Of a stretch of DNA of 64,000 nt, positions 1 through 17,207 are shown in pieces. The stretch comes from Balamuthia mandrillaris (taxonomy: Eukaryota): assembly GCA_031835245.2 (NCBI GenBank), contig JAVKOQ020000006.1:372001-436000 (forward strand). The letters are read 5' to 3'. The first letter of the stretch is position 1. Each line of letters begins with the position of its first letter. The notes under the pieces are model-generated. The model was not told the origin of the DNA, did not search any database, and saw only the letters and a program-made list of their open reading frames with translations. Both the position numbers and the translations under genes were made by a program.

Positions 1-27
1 TCTTAAAAATAAAACAAAAAGTAAACG

Positions 28-231
28 ATGAAAGCAACAACGAACCACCACCACCACCGAATGGAGAAGCAGCAGAAGGAAGGAGGGGCAGGTCCACGCG
101 CTGCGCTCTATCGTTTAACACTGGTGCGAACGCCACCGGAGAGGGTGCCCATCGATGAACCTTTTTCTTTGTTTCTTTCTGGTGCGCTTCTCTCTCTCTC
201 TCTCTCTCTCTCTCCCCTTCTCTTTCTCTCT

Positions 232-264
<33 letters not shown>

Positions 265-1945
265 CCTCTCTCTCTCTCTCTCTTCTTCTTCTTCTTCTTC
301 TTCTTCTTCTTCTTCTTCTTCTTCTTCTTCTTCTTCTTCTTCTTCTTCTTCTCTCATCTTATTTTAATCAAAACGATCCACAGTGACGGAAGATTTGGGG
401 ATAGGAGTGTACTACGGAGATCAGCCCTTGAAGATCCGAGTGGAGGCGCTCTGTTGTGATACCAACAAGCCTTTGCCATTTGCTGTTCGTTGTTTGTGCG
501 CCGAGTCCGCCTCTTCTTCTGGGCAAACGAAAGAAGAAGATGACGACGGAGGTTGTGCGGTGTTTGAAATGGATCCGTATGGAGGAGGAACGGCGAGCAG
601 CTACGGCGGCAACTGCTTTGTGCAACTCTGCTTCACCGCAAATGTGCTTCAACATCCACAACAACAAAAGAAGACCACCCCGTCTACGAATAGAAAGCAG
701 CAGAAGAAGACAAAGAACGAGACGGCGAAGACGACGCCGGTGAAGAGAAGAGCATCGGCGATGGTGAGACTGCGGCTGTCGGTGGTTGGACATTCTTCCT
801 TGTTTCCGTTGCGTGACAGGGAAGAAGCACAACCTCAATGGAGCCAACTGCAGAGTTGGAAGAACGTCTTTGCAAAGGAGGAAGACGGAGACGAGGAGAA
901 GAAAGAAGCCGGGGAAGAAGGAGAAGCCAATACTCGGTTTCACGTTTTGTCGGTAACGTCATCTCCTATTCATGTTTGGATGCCTGGCGAGGAAGAAGAA
1001 ACAGAAGGAGAGAGCAACAGCAACACGAAACGTGCGAGAACAGATAACAGAGCACAACAAAGAAAAGGAGCAAAGAACAACAACAATTCAACAAAGAAAA
1101 AAGGAGCAGCAACACCGAAAAGAAAGACGCAACGACTCGTTGAACGACATCTCGATTGTGCTTTCTTCAAGAAGGAAGGAGATAAGCCTACGACAAAAGA
1201 CATTTGCATCGTGGAGGAAGCTCAGAGAACTTCTCTTGGGTCCTTCCTCGCTGATGGTGGCATCGCTCTTGCATCGTTTCTTCACCACGTTTACTCCCCT
1301 TCCTCGCGCCCACTACAACGGAAATGCATACCAGAAGGAATACCAGAACAAGCAGAGAGGACATCCGTGTTGGAATTGGGAAGTGGAACGGGACTAGTGG
1401 GAATGGTGTGCAGCTGTCTCGGAATGCAGAGCACCACTTTAACGGACCTTCCAGAGCTGGTCGACCTCCTTCGCCAAAACATAGCCACCAACTTTCCTCT
1501 TTTCAACGCACACGCAGACGGAGAGAAAGAAGAAGAACAACAAGGGATGCAAGTGCAGCCATTGGATTGGGCCGATGAACACCATCTAAGCCGCTTGCTT
1601 CATCAGAGAAGAAAGAATACAGGGAGGAAAGAAGGAGAAACAGAAGAGGAGGAAGAAGCATCATTTCCATTCAATTTGATTGTAGCAGCAGATGTAACGT
1701 ACAGTCCCGATTGTTGCGAAGCGTTGTTACGACTGTTACAAGAGATACAACACCGATGGCGCAAACATCAACACCAAGGAAATGCAACGAAAGGAGACGG
1801 AGAACGATTGACGTGCATCATTGGTTATAAACAAAGAACAGATGAAGAGGCGGATTGGTTCTTCAAGCAAGCAGAGGAACACTTTGAGCTGCGGTGCTTT
1901 GCCACTCCTTTCCTTCATTCTTACATCGTACTTCTTACAATGTGA
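28..1945 (+). CDS. METTL21/lysine methyltransferase family 16-like SAM-dependent protein methyltransferase with long N-terminal extension; 2 exons (28-181, 384-1945)
   Basis: Motifs GSFLADGGIALA, VLELGSGTGLVG (SAM motif I), TLTDL, LDW, LIVAADVTY. GT-AG intron 182-383 filled with (CT)n/(CTT)n joins the 28 and 383 ORFs in frame. Confidence 0.85.
190..352. repeat. Intronic (CT)n + (CTT)n microsatellite
   Basis: Direct reading. Confidence 0.95.
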
Positions 1946-2035
1946 TTGAACTCTTCCACTGTTTCCTTCTCCGTCCTCTCTTCGTTTCGCGAAAAGTACA
2001 TGAGACGCAGCTAACCAAGCCAATCAACCTTCTCC

Positions 2036-2700
2036 TCAACAATCATGACAGTCCCGCCACAGAACGAGCAAACTTGCCTTCAGAAGTGCTGCCAGGACTG
2101 GCAGGTTGGAGGTGCTGCGCGCTGGGCCAGGAAGTCTGTCCTTGGCAAGCAGGAGAACCTCTTCAAGAAAATGGTTGTGCTTGTGAGGAAGTTCTTTTTT
2201 GTTATTTGTCCTGCTTCCTGGTGGTCTTTCAAGGCAAGTCAGGCATGGCAACGTCAGCCATAGCAGCATCACGCGGCTCAGCAGCAGGCATGGAGTAACC
2301 TTCCGGCAGGAACTGCGCAAAGCCTTCCACCAGGTCCGGGTGGCCCTCAAACAGCGTCACAACCTTAGAGATAACAGCAGCTATATCCGTTCTTTACAAA
2401 CAACAAGAAAGAAACAAAGCCAAAAGAGTAAGAAGAAAAAGAAAAGCAAAGAGAGAGGAAAAAAGAGCAAACCCTTGTGAATGAAAATCTCTCAAGATGT
2501 TCAAGAACTCCTTGTAAATGTGTGGCTGCTGGAGGAACTTCCGCTTGACTTGGCTGACGTACGTTCTCGCATTGTTGAACTCTTCCCTCATTCTGTCGTT
2601 GTTCTGGCCAGCCAAAGGCGAGTTGGCGGAGGGCCTCGTCACGGCACCGTTCGCTGCGGGTGTAACGCCATCCATCTCCCTCTCCTCCTTTCTTCTTTTC
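2036..2700 (-). CDS. Small PAH (paired amphipathic helix, Sin3-like) domain protein; spliced, 5' end uncertain
   Basis: EEFNNARTYVSQVKRKFLQQPHIYKEFLNILRDFHSQ, then across an intron (~2395-2472) AVISKVVTLFEGHPDLVEGFAQFLPEGY, matching the PAH consensus. Far too short to be full Sin3. Confidence 0.75.
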
Positions 2701-3238
2701 GGCCAACTGGTTCAACAAAATATTTCTATAATGATTTCTAGGAAATATTTCATGCTTTGGAAGAAGCACCCAAGGAGTAAGCCCTCGTCGTCCCATGGAG
2801 GCTGGTGTTATGGTGTTCGGTGCCTAAGGGCAGTTTCATGCGGTCAAGGAGGTCATTCGCACTCCTTGCTGCGTTTTTTTCGGCCTCTCGCTTCTGGCAG
2901 AGGGAGAGCTTTGCTATATAGCCCTGTAATGCTTTGTTGTTTTTATGTGTGGAAGGCGTTGAGGAAGAAGAAGGGTAAGGAGGAATACCACGAGTCTAGG
3001 ACGACGAAGAAGAAGAAGGACTTCAAAGCTGACTTGTAGAGAGGGTAGTGTTGCAACTGGTCATGTTACGGAAGAGAGCCGTTGCAAGATAAGTCCACCG
3101 GAGGAAGGAATGTATTTATTGCAATAGCGAATAATATTCATCCTATATTACACTTATGCACATCGTTAATTATCGGTAATGCCCGAAAGCAAAAAGAACA
3201 ACAACAAAAAAAAAAAAAAAAAGAAAAGAAAGAAAGAC

Positions 3239-8345
<5,107 letters not shown>

Positions 8346-8358
8346 TATTCATTGGAAG

Positions 8359-11300
8359 TTAGTTATTAACAAGCGAAGAAGTGGAAGTGACGGCAGCTTC
8401 CTCTCTATACTCTGTTGTTGGAAGCTCACCCGCCTTCCGCTTTCTTCTTCGCTTCTTTTTCTTTCGTGTTGTGGGTGATGCTTCTCCTCCCAAAATTGCT
8501 ATCACTGAACCCATCTGTTTTTCTTCATGCCATTTCTTGTGTTGTTCCTCCTCACTCAGGTGTGCTGATGATGACGTCCAAGAAGAAGATCGTCGTGGGT
8601 TGTTCCTCCCTCCTCCTTTTCTTTCTTCTTTGCTTGATGGCGAGAATTGTTGATGACCGTAAAGTTCGTTTCGATTACCAGCAGAGTTACTTCGAAACAG
8701 CAAAACTTGTTTCATAGTCTCCCCTTTGTTGTGATTTGTTTCTATGCCGAGGTTGCTATCAACCTCCTTTGTCTGCTCTTTGTTTTCTTCCTCTTCCTCC
8801 GCTTCTTCGTTTTCTTCAGCTTCTCCCAATTGAGTTTCATCGTCCACTTGAGACCCAAAAGGACTGTCGTCTATCAAAGGCACCGCGTCATGATGATCTC
8901 TCATCGCCGATGAAGTGTGAGCGCCGTTGTACTGAGTGCTCAATGGCAAATCTGTTTCTTCCTTTGTTTCATCAGCAGCTATTCTTTCCTCTTTTGTTTC
9001 TTGTTCTTCTTCTTCTCGTTCGTCAAGGGCGGCTAATTCTTGTGGAAGTTCAACATCGTCATCATCTTCACTTAGCACAATGATGCCAGCTTTTAGGAAC
9101 ACAACTGGGACTTCTTCTGCATCTCCATTACCGTCATACTCTTCTTCATCATCCGCACTGAATTGTTGGTTATGGGGTTTGTTTTTGCGCGGACTCCCGC
9201 TTGCTTGTTCATCCACGTCTGACTTTATCTCATCTGAAGTACCTGCAAAAAACAAAACATTTAAATGTGTTAGAGGAAGAGCCGAAGAGAAAAGAGAGGA
9301 AATCAAACTTAGAATAAGACTGGCGTTACGACTCGAGCTTCCTGTACTGCAACTAGAGGGAAGGCTGCTGCTTATAAGTTCCTCCTCACCAGACACAGGC
9401 GTTTCAACCACTACACCCACTTCCATTACTTCGTTTTGTCGTTGCGCTTTTTCTATTTTCTTCTCATCTCCTTGTTTTGCTGCTGCAGGTTTGTTCGTTT
9501 CTTCTGTTGTTGCGTCTTTATCCGCTTTTAGAGGGCTACTACTTCCTTTCTTACGTTTGTTCTGCTTTTTCACGTCTGTTTCTTCCCCCTTCTCAGCGTT
9601 TTCATTGTTTGCTGAGCTCTTCTTCCTCTTTTTGTTCTTCCCCTCTTTCGTTGGTGGTGTGGATAACAATTCTTCCTTTTGTTGAAGTAAAAAGTTATCC
9701 CATCCTAAACTCGATGTTTTGTATGGTGATGCCTCTCCACTCAATAACAGCTCCAACCGTCGTAATAAAAAGTTTTCCGCTCTTGAGCTGTTCTTCCGTG
9801 TTTGGGAGAAGCAGAGGTCAGTGGAAGAAGAGAAGGAATCGGAAGCATAGAAGCAGAAGAGAGAAACGTTGAACAAGAGGAGGAAAACGAACACAAGAGC
9901 TTTTTCTTGAGCAAGGTGACGACAGCTCTCTCCCTCAGCAACGAGTTCCTGGGCAAGGGTGGCATTGACCTCCCCATAATGCGACAAATAGGTCTTATGC
10001 ACGCTCAACCGGTGTATGCACTCTGCCAGGTTTGCTGCTCCGGCCTTTATCCGCTTCTTTGGTTGATATCGTTCCTCAAAAGTGAGCTATGGCAACAAAA
10101 ACAAAGAGACAACACAAGACCAACTAACCTCTTCTTCTGTTGGGGTGGTGGCTTCTTCTCTTCTTTGTCCTTCGCTGCTATCACCATCTTCTAAACCTAC
10201 AATAACCAAAGTTAGTTGAAAAGGTAGAGAGAAGAGAAGAGAAGAGAAGAGAAGAGAAGAGAAGAGAAGAGAAGAGAAGAGAGAGAAGAGAAGAGAAGAG
10301 AAGAGAAGAGAAGAGAAGAGAGAAGAAGAGAAGAAGAGAAGAGAAGAGAAGAGAAGAGAAGAGAAGAGAAGAGAAGAGAAGAAGAGAAGAAGAGAAGAGA
10401 AGAGAAGAAGAGAGAGAGAGAGAGAAGAGAAGAGAAGAAGAGAAGAGAAGGAAGAGAAGAGAAGAAGAGAAGAGAGAAAGAGAAGAGGAAGAGAAGAGGG
10501 AAGAGGAAGAGAGAAGAGAAGAGAAGGAAGAAAGAGGAGGAGAGAGAAGAAGAGGAGAAGAGAAGAGAAGAGAAGAGAAGAAGAGAGAAGAGAAGGGGGG
10601 GGGGGGGGGGGAAGAGAGAGAGAGGAGAAGAGAAGAGGAGAAAGAGAAGAGAAGAGAAGAGAACGATGAAGAGAAGAGAACGACGAAGAGAAGAGAAGAG
10701 AAGAGAAGAGAAGAGAAGAGAAGAGAAGAGAACGACGAAGAGAACGATGAAGAGAACGATGAAGAGAAGAGAAGAGAAGATGAAGAGAAGAGAAGAGAAG
10801 AGAAGAAGAGAAGAGAAGAGAAGAGAAGAGAAGAGAAGAGAAGAGAAGAGAAGAGAAGAGAAGAGAAGAGAGAGAAGAGAGAGAAGAGGAGAAGGAAGAG
10901 AAGAGAAGAGAAGAGAAGAGAAGAGAGGAAGAGAAGAGAAGAAGAGAAGAGGAGAGAAGAGAAGAGGGAGAGAAGAGGAAGAAAGAGGGAAGAGAAGAGA
11001 AGAGAAGAGAAGAAGAGAAGAGAAGAGAGAGAGAAGAGAGGAAGAGAAGAGAAGAGAAGAGAAGGAAGAAAGAGAAGAGAAGAGAAGAGAGGAAGAGAAG
11101 AGAAGAGAAGAAGAGAAGAAGAGAAGAGAAGAGAGAGGAGAACGAGAAGAGAAGAGAAGAGAAGGAAGAAGAGAGAGAAGAGAAGAAAGAGAAGAGAAGA
11201 GAGAGAAGAGAAGAGAAGAAAGAAAGAGAAGAGAAGAAAAGAGAAGAAAGAGAAGAGAAGAGAGGAAGAAGAGAAGAGAAGAAAAGAAGAGAAGAGAAGA

Positions 11301-12112
11301 GAAGAGAAGAGAAGAGAACGATGAAGAGAGAGAACGAGAAGAGAAGAGAAAGAAGAGAAGAGAGAGGAACGATGAAGAGAAGAGAAGAGAAGAGAACGAT
11401 GAAGAAGAAGAGAAGAGAAGAGAAGAGAAGAGAGAAGAGAAGAGAGAAGAGAGAAGAGAAGGAGAAAGAAGAGAAGAGAACGATGAAGAGAAGAGAAGAG
11501 AAGAGAAGAGAACGATGAAGAGAAGAGAAGAGAAGAGAAGAGAAGAGAAGAGAAGAGAACGATGAAGAGAAGAGAAGAGAAGAGAAGAGAAGAGAACGAT
11601 GAAGAGAAGAGAAGAGAACGATGAAGAGAAGAGAAGAGAAAAAACAACTTACTAGAGATGAACGAGTCAAGACGAGAATCCAGTTGTTGGGCGACATCAG
11701 CAATGTCCAACAACAGCTGCGCCTCTTTCCTGTTCCTCAGGTGAGCCGACACAAACTCAGGCGGCACCGTGTAGAGCGTGGCGAAGGAGGGCAGGTCGAA
11801 AGGAGCGGAGGCAGCGGCGGTGGCAGCGGCGTAGTCCTCCGGCGGAGTCTCCTCCTGGCTGGAAAGAAGCCCTGCGGAGCAGGGCGACTGGTTCCTTTCT
11901 TCCCTTGCTTTGTCCTCATCTCCCTCATCTTCAATAACAATCAACTCGGCAGAGGGACGGAATCGATCGGGAGGGGGAGAGGAGGAAAAACCGTTTTCGC
12001 CACCACCGGTGCGCATGGTAGCCGCAAGAGAGGTATACCACCAAGGCCATTGCCACAAGGATTGCTCCTGTCCTGAGGTGCTGGCGGCTTTGTGGTCATC
12101 CGCGTTGCTCAT
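8359..12112 (-). CDS. Hypothetical protein with acidic/low-complexity C-terminal half; multi-exon
   Basis: Start MSNADDHK at 12112. Intron 11652-10197 and a 42-nt intron 10128-10087 join in frame to the 8359..10008 ORF, which contains further short introns. No family recognised. Confidence 0.6.
10226..11641. repeat. ~1.4 kb degenerate (GAAGA)n pentanucleotide satellite inside one intron
   Basis: Direct reading; interspersed GAACGAT variants and a poly-G run at ~10595-10611. Confidence 0.95.
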
Positions 12113-12248
12113 CTTCTTTCTTCTTTGTTGTTCTTTTCTTTTAAATTTTCGAGGAAATTTTTCAAGCCTCACTTCGTATTGTGTGCTTTGAGCCCTGTTT
12201 TTCTTCTCACTCTTCTCTTCCTTCTTCATCATCTCCTACCCGTTCTTC

Positions 12249-12315
12249 TTATTCAGCTGGCTGTTCATCTTCTGCGTTCTTCTTCTTCTCTGGTTCTATA
12301 GTCTCCTCTCTATCT

Positions 12316-12360
<45 letters not shown>

Positions 12361-13289
12361 AGCCGACAGTAATAAGGATGCTGGCCTGGAAAGAAAGGGA
12401 AGGCAGCGTAACGAGCTTCCTCCCAAGCATCCATGGCCTTCTCCCAGTCTTCCTCTTCCAGTGAAAGTGCAGCCATGGCCTCTTGGCTCAACCAAAGACA
12501 GTCCGTCAGGCATTGGAAGCGTTCCGGTTGAGGCGCCTCCGATTCGGTTTCTCCAAGCGCCTGCCATCTTCTTGTCGGTCTTTCCTCCTCCTCATTTTCT
12601 TCCGCTCCATCCTTGTCCTCCTCCTCATCAAACAGGACCAAGCATTGCTCACACTCATGTCCGCTTTGAACGAGGAAGTAAAGCGTGCCTTTGGAAGGCA
12701 GCACTTGAAAGGCACCCATGCTTCTTTGCACAGCCTCTTCCCCGCAACACAGACAAGCCGCCACGAGGTGTTCCTTCGCTCTTTGCGCCATCTCATCCCT
12801 CACAAACTCTTGTGGACGAGCTCCCACGTGGCTGTAACGTTGTGGGTGGGGGTGCCCGCATGCACTCGGGCCATCGGTGTAACACGTTTTGATAGCAGTC
12901 ACCACGTCCACAAATGACTCCACCACTTTTGGGTCGCCCGGCAGGGAGGAAGAAGCACGAAGACAAGAGAGGAGGAGGCCAAAGTCCCGCAGGATGGGCA
13001 CCATGCTTTCCTTGAAGAACCTCCATTGTTCCTCTCGTGGAATGCGAGCCTGCAGGAAGCCCTTGGGGAAGAAGAGGTGCTCCCGTTCGGCTGCCAGGGC
13101 CATGGCCCGTTGGACCGGAGGACTTTGACCCGCGGCCCACCACTCCTTGTTCACCGCGATGAGGGATGGGTAATCTCTCCAGGAGAGGAAGCCAAAGACC
13201 AGGCAGAGGAGCTCCGAGGGAAGCCGCCAGCTGGCACGGGAGCAAGGGAGAGGGGAAACGTTTCTTTGCCGCTTCTGTGCTCTCTCCAT
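12249..13289 (-). CDS. F-box protein, apparently intronless
   Basis: N-terminal LPSELLCLVFGFLSWRDYPSLIAVNKEW F-box consensus in a 346-aa ORF; C-terminal end runs through a (GA)n tract and is uncertain. Confidence 0.7.
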
Positions 13290-13616
13290 TTTTCGTTCTT
13301 CTTTGTTGCCAAGGAAGCTTGTGTATATAAGACAAATTAATTGTCATGGGAACGTGCAAGTTCTTCTGGATGTGTAATGCTCATACCCGGTCTTTCAGGA
13401 GCTTCTCTCGTCCGACGTTGTTGCTTTTGGTGACTGCCAAGCCAAACTCACTTCCCGTCGTGTGCTGTTTGCTTCCTACGTAAATGAAGCTTTGGTTGAA
13501 TCTCAACGAGGTGTTCCAACTCAAATGGTAGAAGTCAGTGAGGACGGAGAAGAACAAGAGTTGCTGTTGTGGTGGAGGAAGAACGGTGATGTTTATTGAG
13601 TTTTTTTAAAAAAACA

Positions 13617-14270
13617 TCAGAACCAGTAATATCTGGCCTTACATCGTTTTAGCAACCGCCGGTTTTCCTCGCGCTCCACTAAGAGGCACATGGACCGCGC
13701 ATCCACCAGGTAATAGGCTTGCAGTTTGTTGTGCATGGGCTTCCCCAAGAACCACCGCCGACGTTCTGCGGTGCAGAGCTCCTTGCGGAACACGGAGAAA
13801 CATCTCCTCAGGTCGTTCAACGAGTACACACCTGGCTGCATGCTTTGTGGGGTTCGTACCAGCCCGTCGATTCGCTGTTTGGGCAGGCAGTCCACACAAA
13901 GGGGTACCCAATGCCATCGAGGTTTGCACACGCGAGCCTTAGAGTTTCCACACCCGAAGCACGCAGTGCGATGGCACAGTCGTCTCAGCGTCAAGCGTGG
14001 TGTATGGGCGCGGCACTTGAACCGCCACCCCAGCTTGTGGGCTATGCAATCCAAGCCTGTCGTCTTGAAGGTCTGGAAGCGGGAAGGCGGAGTGGAGCTG
14101 CACAACACCCTCAGCAAAGTCAAAATCTCCAGAGGTTTCAGCCAGTCCAGTATCATAAGCACCACCTCTGGGCTGAACAGTTCGAAAAGGTGGTATTCGG
14201 GTTCCATAGTTACGATGTCCATTTCCAGTTGGTCCGCCAGCAACGTGAGTTTAGCAGCTGTTGTGTTCAT
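13617..14270 (-). CDS. Intronless protein with degenerate F-box-like N-terminus and a CxxC...CxxC putative zinc module
   Basis: 217-aa ATG-initiated ORF between AT-rich flanks; FSPEVVLMILDWLKPLEILTL and CFGC(x15)CVDC. Confidence 0.55.
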   Translation of the reverse strand: MNTTAAKLTLLADQLEMDIVTMEPEYHLFELFSPEVVLMILDWLKPLEILTLLRVLCSSTPPSRFQTFKTTGLDCIAHKLGWRFKCRAHTPRLTLRRLCHRTACFGCGNSKARVCKPRWHWVPLCVDCLPKQRIDGLVRTPQSMQPGVYSLNDLRRCFSVFRKELCTAERRRWFLGKPMHNKLQAYYLVDARSMCLLVEREENRRLLKRCKARYYWF

Positions 14271-14480
14271 TTACAAATTTAAAAATGCTAAGCGTTATTC
14301 GTTTAAATCACTAAGAGGAACAGGGGTCACTATTACCGACCCTTCGTAACGGACCAATGAAACCAAAATTAATTAGCTATTTTCAGGGAAAAACTGTTTT
14401 CAATGTGCACGTGTGCCATCTCTTCCTTTCAGTTTCAGCAACTTGTTGAATAAGTAACGTGCCTTTCCAACGTGTGGTCA

Positions 14481-16900
14481 TCATTCCTTTTTTGTTTCTC
14501 CATGTAATAATGAAACTTTTGAATGGAGGGACGCTTCTGCAAGTTCTGCTTCTGTAGGTTTTTTTAAAACAAAGCCTACAAGGAGAGAAGAGAGGAGAGA
14601 GAAGAGATTGGTACCAGCTTCTTCGAGTACGGCCATGAGATTTTGAATGACATGAAGCTTTTGCTGCTCTAGCATGAAAACTGTTGGCAAGGAAAAAACC
14701 AATAAGACAAAGAAGGAAAAGGAAAAACGAGAGAAAGAGTAATTACGTTGAGAGCAATGCTCTTTGCTTTGTTGAATCAAACGTTGAAGTCGTAAAGGAC
14801 GATCGTTCTGGGATCTTCGGGGTGTTTGACTATCACCAGCAGCCGATGTCGTCGCAGCAAGACGTGAAATACTGTTGGCAGAGTGCCGCCGTGAAGAGGA
14901 ATGTTCTATCTCTTGTCGTTGTTCAAATGCACGTTCTTTATCTTTATCTTTGTAATGTTTCCTGTGTGCGTCATGTTCGTGGTCACTCAAATTGTTCTCT
15001 TTTTCTCGTTCTAACTTTCTTGCTCGTTCTTCTTTTTCATCTTGTTCTTCTTGTTCTTGTGCTTCTTCTTTTTCTCCTGGTTCTTGTTCTTGTTCTTGTT
15101 CTTGTTCTTCTTGTTCTTCTTCTGGTTCTTCTTCTTCTTCACTGTCTTCTTCTTCGTTGTCGCCGTCGCTGCGCTCGTCCTCATATTCCTCAATAAATGA
15201 GCCATTTAGTCGCAGTGACTCTTCTAATAGCTTGATTTCGTCCTCCAATAGTTCAGACTCTAGTTTTAAGTCTGCGCCCTCCTGGTGAGGTTCGTTCCCA
15301 CCTATTACTTCTAGTTCGTGTTGTTCTTCTTCTTGTTCCTCTTTTTCTTCTTCTCCTTCTCCTTCTTGTTCTTGTTCTTGTTCTTCTTCTTGTTCTTCTT
15401 GTTCTTGTTCTTCTTCTTCTTGTTCTTCTTGTTCTTGTTCTTCTTGTTCTTGTTCTTCTTCTTCTTCTTCTTGTTCTTCTTCTTCTTCTTCTTCTTCTGC
15501 TTCTTCTTCTTCTTCTTCTCCTTCTTGGTTTTCTGATTCTTCAGCTTCTGGTTCCAGTTCATGTTCTTGATCGTCATGTTGGTCTTTGTCTTGTTCTTGT
15601 TCTTGTTCTCGTTCCCGTTCCCGTTCTTGTTCTTCTTCTTCTTGTTCTTGTTTTTCATCTTCTTCATCTGGTTTTTCTTCTTCCACCGCTTCATGCTTTT
15701 GTTCTTGTTCTTCTTCTTGGTATTCATTGGCTGTATGACTTTCTTGTCCCATTAGTTGGAATGCAAACTCTTGTGTCTTCGTTATCCCTCGTTTTCGGTC
15801 TTCTCGGTCGTGTTCGCCTCTTTCTCGACGTTCCTCTCCCTCCGTTTCTCCATCTCTGTCTCTGTTGTGCCCTGTTTCTCCTTCGCCTTCTTGTTCCTCT
15901 TCCATCGCTTCAACAAGAATAACCGGTTCGTCTGTCGCCTGAGGTCTATCCGTTTTACTCCACGAAGCTAACGCTTCGTCATCCTCTCCCGCGTCCTGTT
16001 CTTCTTCGTTGCTGTTGCTCGTCTCTTCCTCCTCCTGAAAGAATTCATAGGCTTTGCCCTTATCCTTCCGCTCCACGTGGGCAGAAAGAGAAGGCCAACG
16101 AAGCTCATCCAGCCGTCTTCTCTGTTCCTGCAAATCGCTGGCAAAGCGATCGGCAACTCGACTTGCGGCAGCGTCACCGTGGCCGATATACCCTGTCTCG
16201 ACTGATCCATTGCTATAGGCCAACCGAACCTGGCTGCTGGACCTGGACAAGACCAACGTCTCCAACGCCGAGAATAGCTCTCTTTCTCGTTCGGCCAAAC
16301 GTTCCCATTGCTGGCGTAGCGGCAAAGCCTCCGGCAGCGTGTCCATTTCGTTCAGCTCCTCTTCTGCTTCGGCAAGTTTCACATGTCGTCACGATAGGTT
16401 TTTCGTGTCGTCACGGAACGAAATGAATTATAGTCGTGTCGACACGTAACAAAAGTAATAGCAAAGCTGGAGCAGACGTGTTGTGGAGACCACCCAATCT
16501 GGAGAAAGAATTCTTCATTGCTAGGACGAACGCTTTGAAGCCGCTGAGTATCTGTTCAACCCCATCGGTAGTTTTTCTGAGCCAAAATTCTTTCTCAAGT
16601 TTGTGTGGTCTCCACAACATCTGCTCCAGCTTCAGATAGACCCTCTAGAAGTTTCTGAGCTCACAGGGATTGGTCATTCGACACTAACCACGTTGCAAGG
16701 ATTGCTGTTGAAGCAGTCGTTCATTTGTTGCATCTACTAACACGTCCCACAACGCATGTTTGTGAAGATGAAAGAAAACACCAAAAAAGGATCCCTTTCC
16801 ATTGAGGTGAAGTGAAAGAAGGATCCATGGTTGCTGTTGATGAAATGGGGTGCTATCCTTTTGACCTGATCTGCAACGACCTTCCTGCCCTCTTTGTGAA
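14481..16900 (-). CDS. Glu/Gln-rich low-complexity, coiled-coil-like hypothetical protein; spliced, 5' end uncertain
   Basis: 633-aa ORF 14481..16382 with long E/Q tracts, plus upstream coding-like segments at 16411-16900 separated by probable introns. Confidence 0.55.
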
Positions 16901-17207
16901 AGTTCTCCACATACTCTCATTCCTTTTGCTTGTTCACAGAAACTGTTTGTTTTTTTGGATTGTTTTTTTATTTAAAATAAAGGCTTGTTCGCGTGTCTGA
17001 AGTGCATTGCTGGAGAGTTTCTTTCAGGTCGCAAGCAAATAGACATCGCTTTGAAAGCAGTTTGGAGTGGAAAGGCTTTGTCCTGCATTCCATTTATTCC
17101 CATGGTTTGGAGCGGCAAGGGCAGACCAATACCGAATGAATGGGGCGCAACATGCTAACTGTGTAATAATTGCTTCGGTTGCCCTTGACCGCCAGCAAGA
17201 GGGAGGA

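Noticed and set aside
10087..11703. Long ORFs of 538, 683 and 299 aa (SSLLF or EKRRE repeats)
   Set aside because: Stop-free translations of the intronic GAAGA satellite; splice sites on either side restore a sensible frame.
13390..13590. ~70-codon stop-free stretch on the minus strand between two F-box-like genes
   Set aside because: No start codon, clear splice sites or recognisable motif.
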